DNA of 64,000 bases from assembly GCF_009914755.1 (NCBI RefSeq), contig NC_060933.1; one strand, 5' to 3'. Position numbers and translations under genes: made by a program. A model generated the notes under the pieces. That model was given only the letters and a program-made list of their open reading frames with translations. It ran no database searches and had not been told where the DNA came from. This document shows, one piece after another, positions 57,159-64,000 of this stretch (position 1 is the stretch's first letter; each line of letters opens with the position of its first letter). The DNA is from the human T2T-CHM13v2.0 reference genome, Homo sapiens.

Positions 57159-60100
57159 ATGGGTGGCATTGGCATGGGAGAGGGAGGGAAAATAACCCCA
57201 CAATGACAGATCAAACGAAGGCAACATAAAATTTTTGTTTAATTTCAGTGGGATTACATGCTATGAAATGACAATAACAGGAACAGGAGGGAGAATGCCA
57301 GGGTCTCATGTGTGAAACCCTTTGTAAAAGGAATGTAAACTGTGTGGCTGTTTTGCTGTCATTAACCAACACTTGAACATGGGTGTCAGTGAAAACCACA
57401 TTTCCTCCTTTACTCTGAGCTACGTCCCCTGGAGCTGACTGACACTGCTGGCATGGAGCTTTCTCTTTCTTTTGCAAAAACAAAACAAATGAAATCTTGC
57501 CAAGAAGAAGGTGGGGGACGCTCAGGCCGAGGTGGCAGATACTAACGCTACTGGCCCAGTATCCATCAGGTTTGCCATTTCTGTCCCAAACTCTGGCCCT
57601 CATCATCCTTGAGGGGGTGTGGGAAGGAAAAATAAGGGGCAGGGACAAGGAGTGGGGACAGGGGAGGAGAAATAGCTTAGGCATCCAAAAGCCTGAAGGG
57701 TTCTGAAGCGCCTTGAATAGGCGAGTAGGCGAGAGGTGACAGGGCATCATTAGATGACGTTAGTGCAGCAGCCATCTTGACCTTTGCCTCCCTGATTCTG
57801 CCATTGGCCTGTTATTCACCCTCCTCTTGGTTCTGGGTGGATGGGGAGAGGAAGGCCTGGGTGTGGCGAAGGTGGCCTGGCTCAGGAGTTTTTAGTATTA
57901 ATGTGCCACCTGTCTTGACTCTGGGGTTTTGTCCCTGATTATGTTTTGTCTTTGACATCTCTTAAAATATGACATAGCAGGACCTACAGAAAGCTATCAG
58001 CAAGGCCCTGGTGTCCCTCACAATGTCCCCTCCTACCTTTAGTTGAAGACTGAAACAATGATTGGGCTTATTTACTGGATGTCAGGCATTTTCTTGGTGT
58101 ACTACACACGTCCTATTAAGCTGTTCTCAGACATGTACAGAATTGCTTTATCTGAGTCTTTCTAAGATAGCACCTCACCAAGTGTGGGAAGCCAAGTTTG
58201 GCCATGGGGGGCAGGGACAGCAAAGTCCAGGGTTTGGCAGCAGGAAAGCTTGGAGAGTGGGAAGGACAGGGTGACCCCATAAGGCGGTGTGCCATGTGAA
58301 GACATGCAAGACTGTGTTTTGCTGGGCTCTGGTTGATGTGAGGGAATCTGATAACTCCAACTGCACCCTAGGACTCTGTATTTATGGAATGTCTGGAGTA
58401 AGTAATGACGTTTGTGTCCTGGTTTAGAGATCATGAAGTTGACTTGTCTTTGGGTATAGAACTAACAAGTGGTCAAGGTAAGATTTCTGTAAACCTGGGA
58501 ATAGGTATCCTAAATCCTATTCTCTGTCTGAAGGGAGTTGGTGTCTAAGCAATTTCTCCATGTATGCTCAAGAGTTTAGGTGCTAGCAGAGAAGATGGCC
58601 TGGCTCATTAATGACATTCCCACTTATACCTGGAGGTGAAATATTTTGTTTCCCAGTGAATTATTTTTTGGGAGATGTTGTCACACGTAACTGTTGTAGA
58701 TGGAACCTGCCTAGCCTACCTCTTTGGAATCCAGCTGCCCTGGATATCCGTCCCCAGACCCTGGTTTCTGAGTGCAGCCATCTGGAAAGGGGTGCCGGGC
58801 TGGGCCCCTGCTGCCCCTCATCTGCCTTTCTTATCACCTGGAGTCTGCTCAGTGAGGTCTACTGTGAGGGCTTAAAACTAATCTCCCATAGTTTATGATC
58901 TCAAATCCATTTGCAGTGAGGAAGACCCTGGCTGACCAACGGCTTAAACAAATGTCCCCTTCTGTGGCATTCCTATGGCAAGACTCAAGTTCCACATGCA
59001 TGATGTAAGTGAGAGCAGGGCAGGCCTTTCTCCCACACGTGGCTCAGAAATCATTTACAAAGCAAACAAAAAAGACAGCCCTGGGCAGGAGACTTTTCCT
59101 CTTGCTCTGGGCCAGGCCTGCACTCCCAGGCCACTCCTAGAGGGCTCGTCTGATCTGAATGTGCAATTGAAAACAGGTGTCCACCCAGTGCCTATAAAAT
59201 ATATACTGGCAATGGGGGAGATCCTTGGAGATTCTTTCAACTGGTAGAAATATGGAGACAATTCCCAAATCTGACTCTGCCTAGATCCTTCCAGACCTCC
59301 AGCCCCATCTCTCTTAGAAAAAAGAAAAAATTCAAACAAATACTTGGAGGGAAACTGGGAGCATATGGTTCTACCACTACGAAGAAAGAAATGTGAAAAA
59401 GATTAGCGGGACTCTGTCAAAACATCAGAATAGGCCTTGTGCGGCTGGAAAAGTGGCTCTTGTATCCTGCCTTACCCCCTTCTCCCCACCTGAGCTACCC
59501 GAGTGACCTTGGGCTGTACAAGCAAAGTGGTGACTGTGACTTGGATGCCAGATTTATCCAATTTCTGTTTAGTAAACAAATCGAATGTACTGCTGCTCAT
59601 GTTTGGGATAAATACCTGATTAGATGCTCTTAAAATATGATGACTACGGCCCATAAAGGAAAGGAATTTCAGCTGGGCAACGTCCGGCTGGGGTGCAAGG
59701 ATTGGGTTTCTTCTTTATTTGTTGTCAGCAAGTGCTCCTGATCTTTCCTACCTTGCCATCTCATTAAGCATATGCTTGAACGTGGGGATACTGACAACGC
59801 AGCTGTATTTCATTTGTAGATAATTGATGCAATAAATGTAATAACCAAACGAGATATGTTGACTCATGAGCTAATTTGGGTGTAGATGTTACAGCACTTG
59901 TGCAGCTGGAAATGTTTCCATCACACAATCTGTTTCAGATAAATGTTCCTCGTTCCTGTCTTCACTAAGACAGGAAAAAAAAAAAAAAAAACAAACCACC
60001 AAATCATACTGTATATCTAAAAGTACATGTTCATAAGTCATAGCCGGTCTAAGCACTGCTTAAAAGAATACCAATATAAGCAATTTACTATGCAAACAGG

Positions 60101-60310
60101 TGACATTAACCCTTGACCCTCTGGAGGTGCCCAGTACAGGTGTTCAACCTGGTTTCTTTAAGCACTTTGGTCTAGAAACCTGAGGAAACTTAGTTGGAAG
60201 GGTGTGCATCCATTGCTTTTCTTCTGCCTTTTTTATTCTTACTGCAGTCAGAATTTCTTTCCATGACCCATGTATTTCCAGAGGCTCCTCACCTTTTATC
60301 TCCTCTGATA

Positions 60311-60372
60311 TTAGGTTGGTGCAAAAGTAACCACAGTTTTCAAAAACCACGATTACTTTTGTTGCAACCTAA
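60311..60372. mobile_element. MADE1 (Hsmar1-derived MITE) with central deletion
   Basis: TA|ttaggttggtgcaaaagtaa...gattacttttgttgcaacctaa|TA. Confidence 0.9.
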
Positions 60373-60536
60373 TATTTTAGCTCAAGCAATCTGAATAATT
60401 GTATGTGGGAGACAAAGTCCTGTGATTTTAAAACAAGAGCTCTTGGAATGGACAGCCTTAACAGAAAAGAGTTTGTAATACATGAGAGACCCACACTTTG
60501 AAGAAGCTCTTATAAGCATCTATTGATAACCTAGGC

Positions 60537-61093
60537 TAGAGTTGACAAATTATGGCCCTCAGACCACATCTAGCCCCCTGCCGGTTTTTGTACAGTGCTT
60601 GATCTAAAAATAGTTTGTACATTTTTAAATGGCTGCAAAAAATCAAAAGAATAATATTTCGGGATACAGAAAACTTATGTGAAATTCGAATTTCAGTGTT
60701 CATAAAATTTTATTAGAACGCAGTCACGGCCAGGCACGGTGGCTCACGTTTATAATCCCAGCACTCTGGGAGGCTGAGGCGGGCAGATTGCTTGAGTCCA
60801 GGAGTTTGAAACCAGCCTGGGCAACATGGTGAAACTCCATCTCTACAAAAATACAAAAGTTAGCTGGGCATAGTGGTGCATGACTGTAGTCTCAGGTGCT
60901 TGGGAAGTTGAGACCAGAGGAGGATTGCATGAGCCAAGAGGTTGAGACTGCAGTGAGCTGTGATCACTCCACTGCACTACAGCCTGGGGGACAGAGTGAG
61001 ACCCTGTCTCAAAAAAAAAAAAAAAAGAAGAAGAAGAAGAACACAGCCACACTCATTCACACTCAGCAACATTTGCCCTCTAGCCCTTTACCA
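60537..61093 (-). mobile_element. MER58B (hAT-Charlie) interrupted by an AluJ
   Basis: gttgacaaattatggccc...tacatttttaaatggctgcaaaaaatcaaaagaataatatttc...agtttgccaacctctg. Confidence 0.8.
60728..61037 (+). mobile_element. AluJ element with A/(GAA)n tail
   Basis: 13-bp TSD agaac(g/a)cag(t/c)cac at 60715 and 61038. Confidence 0.95.
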
Positions 61094-61479
61094 AGAAGTT
61101 TGCCAACCTCTGGCCTAGAGTAAAATATTACTGATTTCTGCAAGTGAAGGAAAGCTAGGTTGCATTGCAGTGTATTCTGAAATGAAGTTTTCTTACCTCA
61201 ATTAAGTACATAAAAAAAGTAGCTTAACCTTGTCTGCAGAGGCCCTTGTTAAAGGACCAGATAGGACACATTTATCATTAGCATATCATTAGTTAGTAGC
61301 GGCCTCACCTTTTCTCCTTATGTTGACATATGGTAGCACTGTTTATATTCAAACACTGTTTCTAATCTGTTTGAAAAGTTTGTCTTCCTAATTGGGTAAT
61401 CTAGTATTTTATAATTTTATAATTTCATTTTTGTACTCAAACTGTTCAACAAATTGTTTTCTCAGTAGATAGTCTTAAA

Positions 61480-61730
61480 TGTCAGGTCGATGGAGGTATA
61501 ATTTTGATACATTATAGAGGTTTATAGTTCAAAGAGTTTTGACCAGTGTCCAGTCATGTAACCACGACCACAGTCAAGATCTAAAATAGCTCTATCACCT
61601 CCCCAGATTCCCTTGTACCTCTTTGGAATCAGTCATCTTTCCCCTTTCCACAGCCCCTGACTGTGATGGATCAGTTTTCTGTTCCCATAGTTTTGCGTTT
61701 TCCAGAACGTCACATACATGGGATCATATG
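61480..61730 (-). mobile_element. L1MC/MD/ME-type 3' end
   Basis: gttttgaccagtg...gtaaccacgaccacagtcaagat...catagttttgcgttttccagaacgtcac. Confidence 0.75.
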
Positions 61731-63713
61731 TGAAGTAATGAATATTTTAAAAGTATGTTTCAGTTCCCTCAACTGCAGTTTAGAAACCAATGAACTCTTA
61801 ATTGATGAGTTTCAACTATACTTGCAATAAACATTGTATAATTAAGATTAAGTCTATTTTTCTTGGTTATCTGGAAGGGGAATTAAAAATTTGTTGTACA
61901 TATGCTAAATTTGTGGGACCAGATTTTGAAGTTAATATGAAATGTTTTTTATAAAAAAAAAAAAAGAAAATGTTATCAATCATGCTGAATCTTTCTGGAT
62001 GAATTTGTTTTTTGGTTATATAATCTTAGGCTTTTGATTTAATAGCCCCCAAATAATTTCTAAAATAGATTTCTCTATGAGTGAAAAGGGAGAATAAATT
62101 TTGTTTATATAGTCACAATCTGTCAGTCTAAGCCTTTCTCCTCTTAAATTTTATATATTGTATCTTAAAAGGTGAAAAATATGCAAAAGCATAAAATAAC
62201 CACTGTGTTATTACTTGTTTCATCAAATATAGGATTATTGTCTCAGAATGGGGATTGGAAAAGTATTGTTCACTATGCGAATAAACAAAAGGTTTACGAA
62301 AAGGTGACAGAATACATACGTGCTTGTACTAAAACAAGAAAACCTAAAATGTGTATTTCCCGTGCATCTATATTGCAGTGATTTTCTAGAACATTAAATT
62401 TGTTCTCTAGAAGTAGTTGTTAATATGCTAATTTTCTTTCTAGACAATCCTACAACAGAGATCTTCTTATATGCTGGCAATGCTGTGTTAGTGAGTACAA
62501 CTGAAATTTAAAAAGTAATTTATATTCAAGATCATCAGCCCTAATCTAGTTCCCCCTTTACCCCCTTCTCCCCTCTCTCCTTGCGTATTTAGTGTCTACT
62601 ATGGGTAGCACACTCTTTCCTCTTGGTGGCCCTTTTCTTAGTGTCTAGGATAGGGAAATTCCTAAGGAACCCTTCAGTGGAAGTCAAGCATGAGCTTAAG
62701 TAACACAGTGGATATTTAAATACACCAAAAGTCTTGTTAGATCTTAAGTTAGGTTATCTCCAACATTTTTATGCTTTTGCATTTTTTTCCAGCTCCCAAA
62801 AGAGTGTAAAAAAATAGAATCAATGTGTCTTCAGCATCTTTGTTAGTTGTAGGTTTCAATCCAAGAGCACCAGAATTTTGCTGTCTCTCTTTACACAAGT
62901 GGGCTTTGGATTAAAACTCAAGGTAGCAAGTTCAGAAATTGGTCTGAAGTTTTTCATTTTATTTCAAACTGAACTCATGTTACCCCTGTTGAAAATTGTA
63001 CTGACAGGCCTATACATATAATTTATGATATTTCCTATCAAGATGTTTAGCTGAATTAGAAACATTTGTGAACAAGTCCTTCTGCAGCCAGTTAAAAGGC
63101 ATTTTTCTGCTGGGGAAGGGAGGAGGGTGTGGAGTGCAGAGGCACAAAGGAGAACTCGAATACCTTTTATTTCAATGACTGTTTGATCAAGTAATTGACC
63201 GTAAACTGTTTACAACAGTGACCCTTATTGCAACCATGGCGGAGGTGTTTATGGATAGACATTAAGCTCTTTCTTAAGTTGCTCACAAAGTGTGCTGTTT
63301 ACAGAGTAAACTTCCCCAAACATCTTATTTTTCTCTGAAACATTACATAAAGTAGATAACAAGATTGGCTAGACAGCACCAAGAAGGGTGATTATGTTTT
63401 TGGGAGAACCTGACTTTTTCAACAATAATTCCATTTTCACATTTCAGATCATGGAAAAAGGAAACCTCCAAGTAGGATCCATCAGAGGCATTTAAAAAAA
63501 TCAAGGAGAAACCCAGCATTTTACAAAGAGGCTATTGTATCGACTTGTTAAATTGCTTAAAGAGAAAAGTGATGTAGACCACATTGGCTTTTATGCAGGA
63601 TTGAGCAAACTTACCAATGAAGAGAAATACAACACTAGCATTGTGTGAGAGAAAATGTATTTGAAACTACATTTCCAGGGGATTAAGATGTGACACCACC
63701 ACTTTCAGTTAGG

Positions 63714-64000
63714 TTTGCACTGTTGGTGGGAAAGTACATTAGTCCAACCATTGTGGAAGACAGCATGGCGATTCCTCAAAGATCTAGAGGCAGAAATACC
63801 ATTTGACCCAGCAATCCCATTGCTGGGTATGTACCCAAAGGAATAGAAATCATTCTCTTATAAAGATACATGCATGTGTGTGTTCATTGCAGCACTATTC
63901 ACAATACCAAAGACATGAAATCAACCCAAATGCCCATCATGATAGACTGGATGAGGAAAATGTGGTACATATACACAGTGGAATACTATGCAGCCGTAAA
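63714..64000 (+). mobile_element. L1PA13-16/L1PB-like ORF2 3' part (runs off window)
   Basis: cactgttggtggg...ccattgtggaagacag...gattcctcaaagatctagaggcagaaataccatttgacccagcaatcccatt. Confidence 0.9.

Noticed and set aside
57211-57750. 179-aa minus-strand ORF in unique sequence
   Set aside because: No recognisable domain or coding-like composition; one ORF of this length is plausible by chance.
58428-58483. Possible 50-nt exon ending in CAAG|GTAAGA
   Set aside because: Strong donor but weak acceptor tract and no recognisable peptide.

Overview
Human genomic DNA (a near-consensus AluYa5, an almost exclusively human subfamily, sits at 22686-22953). The window is AT-rich, CpG-depleted and lacks a CpG island; it looks intergenic or deep-intronic. 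I can support no intact protein-coding gene: the long ORFs are L1 ORF2 remnants and the short ORFs are Alu, L1 or low-complexity artefacts. Two processed pseudogenes lie on the minus strand. One is an old, heavily decayed YPEL1-type (Yippee-like) retrocopy at ~36460-38170 that the ORF track misses. The other is a full-length RPS27A (ubiquitin-eS31) retrocopy at ~50045-50574. The centre (17.6-40 kb) is two large nests of retroelements. A near full-length antisense L1MA carries seven later insertions, including an L2-like poly(A)-tailed segment that appears older than its host. An old sense L1ME hosts an L1MA/MB, an L1PA with an AluY, the YPEL1 retrocopy and a local inverted duplication. Repeat-poor blocks (~1.1-2.0, 43.2-44.4, 55.3-60.3 and 61.7-63.7 kb) carry motif clusters and splice-signal candidates. 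I found no evidence of a new multi-gene system; the best leads are retroposition, rearrangement and regulatory oddities. Repeat family names come from recalled consensus sequences, not a RepeatMasker run, and boundaries of old repeats are approximate.
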